From assembly GCA_037441245.1 (NCBI GenBank), contig JBBISM010000002.1, positions 1 to 34,391 of the forward strand: a stretch of DNA of 34,391 nt, given 5' to 3'. The notes beneath the pieces are model-generated. The model was not told where the DNA came from. It did no database searches and saw only the letters and a program-made list of their open reading frames with translations. Made by a program: the position numbers and the translations under genes. The DNA is from Ignavibacteria bacterium (GTDB lineage Bacteria > Bacteroidota > Ignavibacteria > Kapaibacteriales > UBA2268). Positions within the stretch are counted from its first letter, which is position 1; every line of letters starts with the position of its first letter. Positions 9,531 to 18,577 of the stretch are shown here, piece after piece.

Positions 9531-11423
9531 ATGAAACTTGGTCAAATAAATAAAGCTATAAATAACAACCGAAATCTAGAAGATACGCTGACTGCTGATG
9601 TTGCAAATAAATTCAGCAAAGAAATAAAATCACAATTTTCGAGAGGTATCGCACTTCTAAAACAAGAAAGATATTCTCAAGCTGTTGAAATATTCGAGAA
9701 TATAATTTCTTATCAACCAGATTTTGCAGAAGCAATATTCAAATTAGCTTATTCAAACTCAAAACTCGATAAAATAAATGAAGCTCTATTTTATTGCAAT
9801 AAGGCTCTATCGCTTAAACCTAAATATCCTGAAGCACATAATCTACTCGGTGTTATTCAAGAAACAATGGGTGATTATGATAGTGCTATTAAATCCTTCA
9901 AAAGAACAATATCATTAAACCCGCAATTTTTAGAAGCATATTTCAATTTAGGAATGTTGTATTCTTCTAACGGTAAGTTAGATGAAAGCAATGACTACTT
10001 CGAACACTGCATAAGAATTGATACAAGCCACGCTCTTGCACATTTCAATCTCGGGATAAATTACTACACATTGAATTATTACGAAAAATCAACAGAAGCA
10101 TTCAATAATTGCCTGAAATTTCAAGGCAATAATGTAGATGCTTTAAATAATCTTGCTGTAATTTACTACCACATCGGTGATTATGATAAATCAATAGACA
10201 CATTAACCAAACTTTCAGCAATCAATTCAAGTTATCCAGGTCTTGCATATAAATTCGGAATAAATTACTATCAGAGCGAAAGATATAACGATGCAATTAC
10301 CTCGCTTAAGCAATCAATCGAACAACACCCTGAAGCAGAAGAATCTTATCTTATGCTCGGCAAATCATACCACAAAACGGGAAAATACGATGAAGCAATA
10401 GAAACGTTCAAACAATATTTCTCGATAATGCCCGATGCAAGCGAAGGATTAACAGAACTGGGCACTTGTTATTGGCATCTACTAAATTTCGATAAAGCAA
10501 TTGATACATTTAACAATTTATTAAGAATTAATCCTGACGATTATTCTACATATATCTGGCTTGGCGTTATTAACATTAGCCGTAAAAAATATGACCAGGC
10601 TATAGAAGCATTCAACAAAGCCAAAATGATTGACCCAAATCTTGTTGATAGTTATATTGGGCTTGGCATCATAAGTATCTCAAAAGAAGAATATATAGAT
10701 GCCATAAGGTCTTTTCAGTTTGCAACTACTTTAAAACCCTATTTACCAGTTGCATATTTTGGTTTGGGTGAAGCTCATCTAAGACTTGGCAAGCAAACTA
10801 AATCCAAATATGAATGCTCAGTTGCAATTATCGCTTTCAAAGAGGTTATTAATCTAAAACCAGATAACGAAAATGCATATATAAGAATCGGCATTGCTTA
10901 TGATGTATTGGAACAATATAATAAAGCAATAGAATACTTCCTAAGAGCAAAAGAAATCCAACCCAAATCTTCCGAAGCAGATTTATACTTGGGATTAAGC
11001 TGTGCCCATAACGGTAGATGGCAAGCTGCTATTCGCTATCTGCGAACAGCAGTAGAAAATAACCCCAACCTTGCATCAGCCCATTTCCATTTGGGATTGC
11101 TCTATGCTTACCTCGAAAGAAACAAAGAAGCAATTGCTTCTTTAGAAAAATGTTTGAAAATTATGCCTGATTTTGCAGAAGGATATAATTGTCTTGGTCA
11201 AATTCTTCATAATAGTGAGGATTATGACGAAGCTATAAGTTTCTTCGAAAAAGCAATTGAATTGCAACCAGATTTATCTCTTGCACTTTACAATCTCGGT
11301 GTGGCATATTTAGAAACTGAAAATTACCAGAAAGCTGAAGAAATTTATTCTCAGATTGTTGAGCGTGACCCACAAACCGCCTCACAGTTATTGACCCGAA
11401 TCAAAGCTAAAAAGATAAAATAA
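9531..11423 (+). CDS. tetratricopeptide (TPR) repeat protein
   Basis: 630 aa made almost entirely of ~34-aa repeats with the recurring pattern A...Y/F..A/G....G.Y..AI..F..AL.L.P. No signal peptide. Confidence 0.85.
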   Translation: MKLGQINKAINNNRNLEDTLTADVANKFSKEIKSQFSRGIALLKQERYSQAVEIFENIISYQPDFAEAIFKLAYSNSKLDKINEALFYCNKALSLKPKYPEAHNLLGVIQETMGDYDSAIKSFKRTISLNPQFLEAYFNLGMLYSSNGKLDESNDYFEHCIRIDTSHALAHFNLGINYYTLNYYEKSTEAFNNCLKFQGNNVDALNNLAVIYYHIGDYDKSIDTLTKLSAINSSYPGLAYKFGINYYQSERYNDAITSLKQSIEQHPEAEESYLMLGKSYHKTGKYDEAIETFKQYFSIMPDASEGLTELGTCYWHLLNFDKAIDTFNNLLRINPDDYSTYIWLGVINISRKKYDQAIEAFNKAKMIDPNLVDSYIGLGIISISKEEYIDAIRSFQFATTLKPYLPVAYFGLGEAHLRLGKQTKSKYECSVAIIAFKEVINLKPDNENAYIRIGIAYDVLEQYNKAIEYFLRAKEIQPKSSEADLYLGLSCAHNGRWQAAIRYLRTAVENNPNLASAHFHLGLLYAYLERNKEAIASLEKCLKIMPDFAEGYNCLGQILHNSEDYDEAISFFEKAIELQPDLSLALYNLGVAYLETENYQKAEEIYSQIVERDPQTASQLLTRIKAKKIK

Positions 11424-11493
11424 TTTCATCCCTCTTTTGATTATATTGAATTGGATTAGTTAAATTTGGAACAATAATCTAAACAAATTTATT

Positions 11494-12240
11494 ATGAAGA
11501 TTCCACACATACTGATTCCACTTCTGTTGTTATCAAGTTGCACAATTGTTAAAAAAATAACAGGCACAGATATTGACCCAGTAAGATTCGAAAAAGCCCG
11601 AGAAGCTAAAATGTTAGAAATTAGAAGCGAATTCGCTGGAAAAATGGCAAAAAAGATAATTGACAGGACATTTGATAAAAGCGATATAACTATTTCAATA
11701 AGCCAATCATTTATCAATCAAATTGTCAAAGAATATATCGGTTCGACAGGTCAGCTTGACCAAAACACAAGCTTTGTTATCAATAATATCACACCAACAT
11801 TAAACTACGGCTCAGCTATAATATCTATTGAGTTAGAAGCTTTCAATTCTTCTCATAATGTTACTGTCTTTCTTGCTATGGATTGTATTTTAGCTTTCGC
11901 AACCGATAAAAACGAAATCAATATTAGGTTCGAACCGTTTAATATTGCGCCTGTTGCAGTTACTAAAGGTTTGTTATCTTCAGCAAGCGAAATAATCGAA
12001 AATTTGATTAAAATCAATTTAGCTGATTTAAGTAAAAAATTTCCACCCATCACACTTCCAATTAATTTCAAAAACAATTTCGAAATAAAAGAAACAAATA
12101 CAAAAATCAGTGATAAAATAAACCTTGCTATTAAAGTACCAGAAAGGAAAATTAATTATACCGTATCCATAAACGATATTTTTATTTTTACTGATAATAT
12201 ATTAATTGCTTTAAACATTGATGAAATCTCGGTTAAGTAA
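11494..12240 (+). CDS. hypothetical lipoprotein
   Basis: Signal peptide with lipobox LLLLSSC. No family recognised. The stop overlaps the next start (TAATG at 12238-12242). Confidence 0.6.
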   Translation: MKIPHILIPLLLLSSCTIVKKITGTDIDPVRFEKAREAKMLEIRSEFAGKMAKKIIDRTFDKSDITISISQSFINQIVKEYIGSTGQLDQNTSFVINNITPTLNYGSAIISIELEAFNSSHNVTVFLAMDCILAFATDKNEINIRFEPFNIAPVAVTKGLLSSASEIIENLIKINLADLSKKFPPITLPINFKNNFEIKETNTKISDKINLAIKVPERKINYTVSINDIFIFTDNILIALNIDEISVK

Positions 12241-13076
12241 TGAAAATTTATAATTTAATATCAATAGCATTTTTAGCTGTTGCTTGCAAATCAATAGATT
12301 TACCAACAATAGAACAGTCAGAAAATTTAATAAACCAATATAAATCAAGTTTCGAAATGGCGGAAAAAGCAATTATTTCCAAGCAATACAAAATTCCAGT
12401 AGGAAATGATTTGATTTTTCGCACCCAACATTATGCTTTGAATAAAATTTTCAATACAATCGCAAACCATCATACTGAAGATGTGTACATACATTTCGAA
12501 AATTCCCCCAATTTTTTTAGCGAAAAGAAAACTGTAGTCGGTATTAGCTATACCAATTCAATCAATACTGACTCGGGTTTAATTAAAATGGACATAAAAA
12601 AGTTCAACCTCAATAGAATTCATAATAACACAATTGATTGTGATATAAGTATTTCTGGAACTGGGAAAATCTCAATTTCTGGTGTATATACTGGGGTCAA
12701 AGCAAGGGCAACCCCTGAAATAGAATTAACTTTAGATGAAAATTTAGCATTTGAAATCATACCTGGAATGAATGACCAAATTGTTCTCACCCCAAAACCA
12801 AAATTATTGAATATGAAAACCAAATTCACAATTAATCTTCTATCGTGGAAATTGCCTTATTCAAAGAATTTCGCATTTCAAACAAAAGATTTACTCAAAC
12901 CAATAGCCCTACCATTGATTTTTACTACTGAATTTAATTTACCTCCAATCAGTCAATCAAATAAAACTTCCAACTCACCTGCAAAAACATACCGAATTAG
13001 AATGAATAACTCAAAAATTAATGCACAAAACAATACTATTGAATATAGAGCAGATATAAAGCTGGATAAAAAATAA
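12240..13076 (+). CDS. hypothetical lipoprotein
   Basis: Signal peptide with lipobox FLAVAC. Translationally coupled to the preceding lipoprotein gene. No family recognised. Confidence 0.6.
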   Translation: MKIYNLISIAFLAVACKSIDLPTIEQSENLINQYKSSFEMAEKAIISKQYKIPVGNDLIFRTQHYALNKIFNTIANHHTEDVYIHFENSPNFFSEKKTVVGISYTNSINTDSGLIKMDIKKFNLNRIHNNTIDCDISISGTGKISISGVYTGVKARATPEIELTLDENLAFEIIPGMNDQIVLTPKPKLLNMKTKFTINLLSWKLPYSKNFAFQTKDLLKPIALPLIFTTEFNLPPISQSNKTSNSPAKTYRIRMNNSKINAQNNTIEYRADIKLDKK

Positions 13077-14522
13077 TTATTTTTTCCAAAATGAAGGGGC
13101 TAATAAGATAATCACAGTAAAGACTTCCAATCTACCAACGAGCATCAAAAACGATAATATCCATTTACCTAAATCAGGAATAGTAGCATAATTTTGAGTC
13201 GGACCAACCATTCCAAAACCAGGACCGATATTACCCATTGTTGTTGCAACGCATCCAATCGAAGACCAAATATCTAATCCAAGTAATGACATAGCCACAA
13301 TACCCAAAATTGCGAGTAATAAATATGCAATAAAAAAAGCTAAAATATTCGATACGATAGACTTTTCAATCACAATATCGCCTATCTTCAAGGTGATAAC
13401 AGCGTTTGGATGTATTAATTTTGTTAATTCTTGGAAGATAAATTTTATAATAATTATTACCCTCAAAACTTTCAATCCACCAGCAGTTGAGCCAGCAGAA
13501 CCACCAATAAACATCAAAATTAACAAAATTACATTAGTACTCAAATGCCAACTTTCGTAATCAGCTGTTCCAAAACCAGTTGTAGTCATTAGCGATACGA
13601 CTTGAAACAAGACGAATCGGAAATTATCGAATATATCATAATCTTGAACAATCAAATTGTTAATAAAAATAGCGAGAAAAGCAATAAACATAATATAACA
13701 AAAGAATCTAAACTCAGAATTTTTAAAATAACTCAATAAATCCCCTTTTATAAATCTATAATGTAATGAAAAGTTAGTACCAGCGATTACCATAAAGAAG
13801 ATAATAATAAACTCAATTATAGGAGAATTAAAATAAGCTATACTTTGATTCTTCGTAGAAAATCCACCTGTCGCCATAGTAGCAAAAGAATGACATAAAG
13901 CATCGAACAAACTCATCCCAGCAAATTGAAGAATGATAACTTCTAAAGCTGAAATAGTAACATAAACTGTCCAAAGGATTTTGGCTGTTTCCTTAATTCT
14001 CGGTTTTAATTTATCTGTCAAAGGACCAGTCACTTCAGCTTTAAACAGTTGCATACCACCAACACCTAAAAAAGGAAGTATCGCTAATGAGAGCATAATA
14101 ATACCCATACCTCCAAGCCAATTAGTCATTGAACGCCAAAGGAGTATTCCATTTGGAAGAACCTCAATATCTGTGAAAATAGAAGCTCCAGTAGTTGTAA
14201 ACCCAGACATAGTCTCAAAAAAAGCATCTGTATATGAATCAACTACTCCTGTGATTATATATGGCAAACTGGCAAAGATTGTAAGTACAATCCAGCCAAA
14301 AGTAACAATTGCATATCCTTCTTTATATCTTATATCATCTCGATTGCGGAAAAGCAATACTAATGACGTCCCAACGATTAAAGATAGGATAATAGTTATT
14401 AAAAAACTTATAGAATCCGCTTCTTGATATACAAGCGAAAATATGAGTGGAATGATTAAGACAGCTCCTAAAAAAATCAAAAGAAAACCTATAATCCTCA
14501 AAACTGGTTGAATTTTTATCAT
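13077..14522 (-). CDS. trkH: TrkH-family potassium uptake membrane protein
   Basis: 481-aa polytopic protein with TrkH-type pore-loop segments (TTTGASIF, MTNWLGGMGII, TTTGFGTAD, GSAGSTAGGLK). It lies directly downstream of trkA. Confidence 0.85.
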   Translation of the reverse strand: MIKIQPVLRIIGFLLIFLGAVLIIPLIFSLVYQEADSISFLITIILSLIVGTSLVLLFRNRDDIRYKEGYAIVTFGWIVLTIFASLPYIITGVVDSYTDAFFETMSGFTTTGASIFTDIEVLPNGILLWRSMTNWLGGMGIIMLSLAILPFLGVGGMQLFKAEVTGPLTDKLKPRIKETAKILWTVYVTISALEVIILQFAGMSLFDALCHSFATMATGGFSTKNQSIAYFNSPIIEFIIIFFMVIAGTNFSLHYRFIKGDLLSYFKNSEFRFFCYIMFIAFLAIFINNLIVQDYDIFDNFRFVLFQVVSLMTTTGFGTADYESWHLSTNVILLILMFIGGSAGSTAGGLKVLRVIIIIKFIFQELTKLIHPNAVITLKIGDIVIEKSIVSNILAFFIAYLLLAILGIVAMSLLGLDIWSSIGCVATTMGNIGPGFGMVGPTQNYATIPDLGKWILSFLMLVGRLEVFTVIILLAPSFWKK

Positions 14523-14528
14523 TGCAGA

Positions 14529-15869
14529 TTAAAATAATTTTTCAATTTCTTTAATAGCTGATGATAGAGCCAAAACCACAACTTTATCACTAGCTTCAAT
14601 TATTGAGTTTCCTTTAGGAATAACAATATCATCACTTTGCTTAATGATTGCACCAATAATAGCACTTTTTGGTAAATTCAAGTCCTTGAGCTGCCTACCA
14701 ATAATCTTTGACCTTTTGCTTGCAGTAAACTCAAAAATTTCAGCATCAATACCAGGAATTTCGGCAAAATACGATAATTGGCTACTATGTATAAATTTTT
14801 GAATAGCATTAACAGTTATCAATTGCTTGCTGACAACAGAATGAATTCCAATAGCAGGCATAAGAGAAGTGTATTCAGATTTTTTAATAAGAGCAATTGT
14901 TCTTTGCACTTTAAGATGATTAGCGACCAAGCAGGTAATAATATTTACTTCATCATCACCGGTTACAGCAATAAATTCATCCATATCAGTGATACCTTCA
15001 TAAGCAAGCAAATCCAAATCACTGCCATCGCCATTAATGACTAACGAACGCTTTAACTCGGCAGAAAGTTGGTCGCACTTACGCTCGTCTTTTTCGATAA
15101 TCTTGATATTTACTTGATTCTCTAATTCCTTTGTAATATTTTTACCAACGAATCCACCACCTATAATCATTATATTAGTTAGACTTCTTTCTGATTTACC
15201 GAGCAATCGCATACCTTCTTGCAAATAATCTCTTTGAAGCATTACAAAGATTTGATCTGTATTCAATAATCTATCTTCGCCACGTGGAATAATAGTAAAT
15301 AATCTTCTTTTTATAGCCACTACGTTGAATGGGGGATTATTAAATTTTTTGCCCAGATCCCTTAGAGGAATATCTAAAACTTCAGCTTTTTTATCCAATC
15401 TCAATCCTACAATAAGCAATTTACCATTTTCGAGCTCAAGCAAATCAGTAGCATTTGCTTGCTTAATTAATCGGACAATTGTGTGCGTTGTAATAAGTTC
15501 GGGCTGGATTAGATAATCAACCCCCAACTCACTTTTCGTTAATACAAAATTTTTTGATAAAAATTCAGAATTTTTAACACGGGCAATAGTTAATGGAACA
15601 CCGATTTTCTTTGCAATCTGACAAGCTATAATGTTACTTTCATCAGAATTAGAAATAGCAGCTAAAATATGAGCTTCTCTAATATTTGCATTCTCTAATG
15701 TTCTCAAACTCGAACCATTACCTTCGATAATCAGAGCATCAAGATTTTCATTGGCTCGCTTGAATCTTGAATAATCTAATTCAATAATTGAAATATTATG
15801 TCTTTCTGGTGTAAGCTTCTTCACTAAATTATACCCAATATCACCAGCTCCGATAACTACAATGTTCAT
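14529..15869 (-). CDS. trkA: Trk system potassium uptake protein TrkA (two RCK/NAD-binding modules)
   Basis: 446 aa with two Rossmann motifs (IVVIGAGDIGYNL and IMIIGGGFVGKNI), each followed by an RCK_C-like segment. There is a 6-nt gap to trkH. Confidence 0.85.
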   Translation of the reverse strand: MNIVVIGAGDIGYNLVKKLTPERHNISIIELDYSRFKRANENLDALIIEGNGSSLRTLENANIREAHILAAISNSDESNIIACQIAKKIGVPLTIARVKNSEFLSKNFVLTKSELGVDYLIQPELITTHTIVRLIKQANATDLLELENGKLLIVGLRLDKKAEVLDIPLRDLGKKFNNPPFNVVAIKRRLFTIIPRGEDRLLNTDQIFVMLQRDYLQEGMRLLGKSERSLTNIMIIGGGFVGKNITKELENQVNIKIIEKDERKCDQLSAELKRSLVINGDGSDLDLLAYEGITDMDEFIAVTGDDEVNIITCLVANHLKVQRTIALIKKSEYTSLMPAIGIHSVVSKQLITVNAIQKFIHSSQLSYFAEIPGIDAEIFEFTASKRSKIIGRQLKDLNLPKSAIIGAIIKQSDDIVIPKGNSIIEASDKVVVLALSSAIKEIEKLF

Positions 15870-16102
15870 TTTTATCCATAATAATAAATTATTTGCAAAA
15901 ATAAAATAAAATTAAAAACACAAACGTTTATAAAAATAAATTAAAATTCTCGCAATATTCACAAAACTTTGAAAAAGACGATAAAATTTGTTATTTTGCC
16001 AAGTGAAAATTAAAGTCCCAGCAAAAAAATGGAAATCTAACAATTTGCATACCCTCTCAAAGGCTTTTAAATTCTAAAAAATTTGTCCCAATAAAAAAAT
16101 GT

Positions 16103-16125
16103 TTGCAATTATTATTGAATTGCAA
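16103..16125. promoter_or_regulatory. candidate operator: perfect inverted repeat TTGCAATT-N7-AATTGCAA
   Basis: Read directly from the sequence. It lies ~120 nt upstream of the 16246 start, inside the 376-bp trkA/16246 divergent intergenic region. The AT-rich context raises the chance expectation. Confidence 0.25.
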
Positions 16126-16245
16126 TAAATTGTATGTTTAAGCAATTTTAAAATAGACAAATATTTTAAAAAATATTAAAGCAAGAAACAAAAATTCAAA
16201 TGAGACAAATCAATAATTCCAGAAATATAAATAAGGAGAACTCCA

Positions 16246-18528
16246 ATGAGTAAGGGCGGCGGAACAGCGAAAGTATATTTCATACTTTATTTAGCAGTTG
16301 TACTCGAACTGCTTATAATTATCGTCGAACGCGACGAAGCCGAAGAAAGCTTGATGAAAAAACAAAAGGAGACAATGAAGATTGTCGAAAGCATCTTATC
16401 GCAATTACAATCAGGCGCTGGTACAGAAGGCATTAATACAAGACCCCAAGACGAAATAACACTGCCACCTCCAGGAATTGATATCAAGCAAGTTATGGGT
16501 GCCGATATCAAAACATACAGACGATACATAGTCGAAGTCGGCGTTACAGATATTTCTTCCGCTCTTAAACGGCTTGAAGACGAAAATGAAAAAGACTATA
16601 TACAAAGATTGAAAAAATTAATCGAGTTGGGAAATGTCGAAGAAATCGAATATCAGATATTCTTCAATCCGAGTGATGACCCTACAAATCCTCCAGAATT
16701 TTTGACAAATGAGGAAATTCTCAAAGGCAAACATGATTATACAACCTGGACACCAGGACAAAGAATTACTACACAAAGTGGCGTTGAATGGGAATTTCTT
16801 AGCATTAGGAAATTAAAGCTCGACAAAGAAACAACATTCAATAATATTCATCTTGATAATATCAAAATTGAATTAATACAACCGATATATCCCCGAGAAC
16901 TTCAAATAGCCACCGGTCCTGCCTTCAATCCGAAAGAAGTTCACGAGGATAGTGCATTTTTTTATTCCGTATTTGAAAGTTTACAACCAGCTATTTTCGT
17001 TGGTGGACAGGAATTACTAAAACGTGCATTTGTTGTTAATTTCCAACCCCCCGACAGAGCCGGCTGGTATAAATTGAGATTTAGTTCGAGGACAAATAGA
17101 ATACTTGGAGTTCGCTCCGATCAAAAAGCTGATGAACTCGATGACGAAACTACAATTAATATTGGAACTGTACAACTCACAGTCAAAGATTTGAGAAAAG
17201 TCAGAAAAGAATTGCTATCTAGATTAGAAAAATACTCACTCCCAAGCTATGAAGATTTAGCCAAAACAGGTGATATCGAAAAATTCGATGAAGGTTTACG
17301 TAGAGCTGTTTCTGAGGCTTCAACCGAAGAAGACGCAGCCGATATCATCCGCAAAATCCGCTTATATGGCTATATATCGAAGCTATTAGCACCCGGTATG
17401 TCCATCAATTTCGCTCAAAACCGAGGAGCAATTGAATTTAACGTTCGTGTTATCACACCAAAACCTCCTATAGCAGAACCGACGGTTACGTTACCAAATT
17501 ATACACCAAGCTTTGATAAAATACCTGCAGTTTTTGAATTTACAATTAGTCCATTTCAAAGTGAAGCTACCAATTTCGTAGAAGGAAAAGTAACCGATGT
17601 GACTGGTGCCACAGTCGCTAGAATTGAGTTCAGACCGTTAGATAAAATAGCTGGCTTAGACATTGCTCCGCCTGTTCAAGGCGGCAGACGAGAATACAGA
17701 GGCATAATTGACCAATCCCTACCCCCTGGAAAATATAGAATTGATGTTACCCATAAATTAGGGAATAAGTTTAAAAATGAATCTGCTGAACTCGAGATAT
17801 TTAGCACTGGATTAACAGGTGAAAGTCGAAATGCAATAGAATCACGAATGAACGCACTTTCATTCTATGGCTATCCTGTTTCCATCGAAGCAATACCAAC
17901 TTCTGGTGGTAAAATTCGACCCAGTCAATTTAGACTTTATATGTTCACAGACAACAATCTACAGGTAACTCCTATCGAAGGATTGACAAATACAGATAAA
18001 ATTCTGCAACTATATTGCGATGCAAAAACAGTTAGCTTAAGAATAACCTGGATCCAACCATACACGAACACAGAAGTTGATTTATTCCCACTCAAAACTT
18101 ATGAAATTCAACAAGAAGCCCCAGAATTTACTTCACAACCACAAATTGACTATTCTGGGAGTACAAATAAATTCCGAGTGAGAATATCCGGATTAAACAT
18201 TTCGCTTCCAACTGCAGGATGCCAAGATAGACCTGCAACCGTCAAATACAAACTTGGCAAGTTGGATAAAATTGACGGCCTCAAAACCTATGACCCATCA
18301 ATCGAACCAACTATTGAACCAGAAGGAGATGGCTATTCGATACTTCTAGAATTATCAGGTAGATTAGAAAGAGGCGAAAGGAAAATTTCCGGAACACTCA
18401 ATTTGCCCATAATCGCTTGGGCTATAAATCCAAATGGAAAAGTTTCTGAAGAAACAACATATCCTTTGACAATCAGGATAAATTGGGAGCCAGGCCAAGG
18501 CGATAGACCTCGTCCCAGAGCAAGATAA
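16246..18528 (+). CDS. hypothetical single-pass membrane protein with large extracytoplasmic multi-domain region
   Basis: 760 aa with a strong SD (AAGGAG) 7 nt upstream. It has a short basic N-terminus and one TM helix (VYFILYLAVVLELLIIIV). A helical region follows, then beta-rich segments rich in P/T/G, ending in the tail GQGDRPRPRAR. No family recognised. Confidence 0.7.
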   Translation: MSKGGGTAKVYFILYLAVVLELLIIIVERDEAEESLMKKQKETMKIVESILSQLQSGAGTEGINTRPQDEITLPPPGIDIKQVMGADIKTYRRYIVEVGVTDISSALKRLEDENEKDYIQRLKKLIELGNVEEIEYQIFFNPSDDPTNPPEFLTNEEILKGKHDYTTWTPGQRITTQSGVEWEFLSIRKLKLDKETTFNNIHLDNIKIELIQPIYPRELQIATGPAFNPKEVHEDSAFFYSVFESLQPAIFVGGQELLKRAFVVNFQPPDRAGWYKLRFSSRTNRILGVRSDQKADELDDETTINIGTVQLTVKDLRKVRKELLSRLEKYSLPSYEDLAKTGDIEKFDEGLRRAVSEASTEEDAADIIRKIRLYGYISKLLAPGMSINFAQNRGAIEFNVRVITPKPPIAEPTVTLPNYTPSFDKIPAVFEFTISPFQSEATNFVEGKVTDVTGATVARIEFRPLDKIAGLDIAPPVQGGRREYRGIIDQSLPPGKYRIDVTHKLGNKFKNESAELEIFSTGLTGESRNAIESRMNALSFYGYPVSIEAIPTSGGKIRPSQFRLYMFTDNNLQVTPIEGLTNTDKILQLYCDAKTVSLRITWIQPYTNTEVDLFPLKTYEIQQEAPEFTSQPQIDYSGSTNKFRVRISGLNISLPTAGCQDRPATVKYKLGKLDKIDGLKTYDPSIEPTIEPEGDGYSILLELSGRLERGERKISGTLNLPIIAWAINPNGKVSEETTYPLTIRINWEPGQGDRPRPRAR

Positions 18529-18577
18529 ATTTGGAATAATTTTTGATAAAAATTAATAAAATTAATAGAGGAGAAAA

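Noticed and set aside
13981-14427. 148-aa plus-strand ORF inside trkH. Similar antisense ORFs occur at 8203-8553, 28662-29063, 29039-29344, 6067-6672, 11460-11717, 16287-16605, 20980-21270, 23810-24043 and elsewhere.
   Set aside because: All lie wholly within, and antisense to, well-supported longer genes. They have low-complexity or hydrophobic composition typical of shadow frames in AT-rich DNA. None has an SD or a recognisable motif.
15870-16000. A c-di-AMP (ydaO-type) or other riboswitch upstream of trkA.
   Set aside because: The trkA leader is almost pure A/T. It shows no GC-rich pseudoknotted helices or conserved ACGGGGA-like cores.
16246-18528. Calling this gene gldM/porM outright.
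   Set aside because: Only the architecture is similar (one TM helix plus a long periplasmic body). I cannot verify the GldM_N sequence signature. No gldL-like gene precedes it, and no gldK/gldN-like genes follow it.
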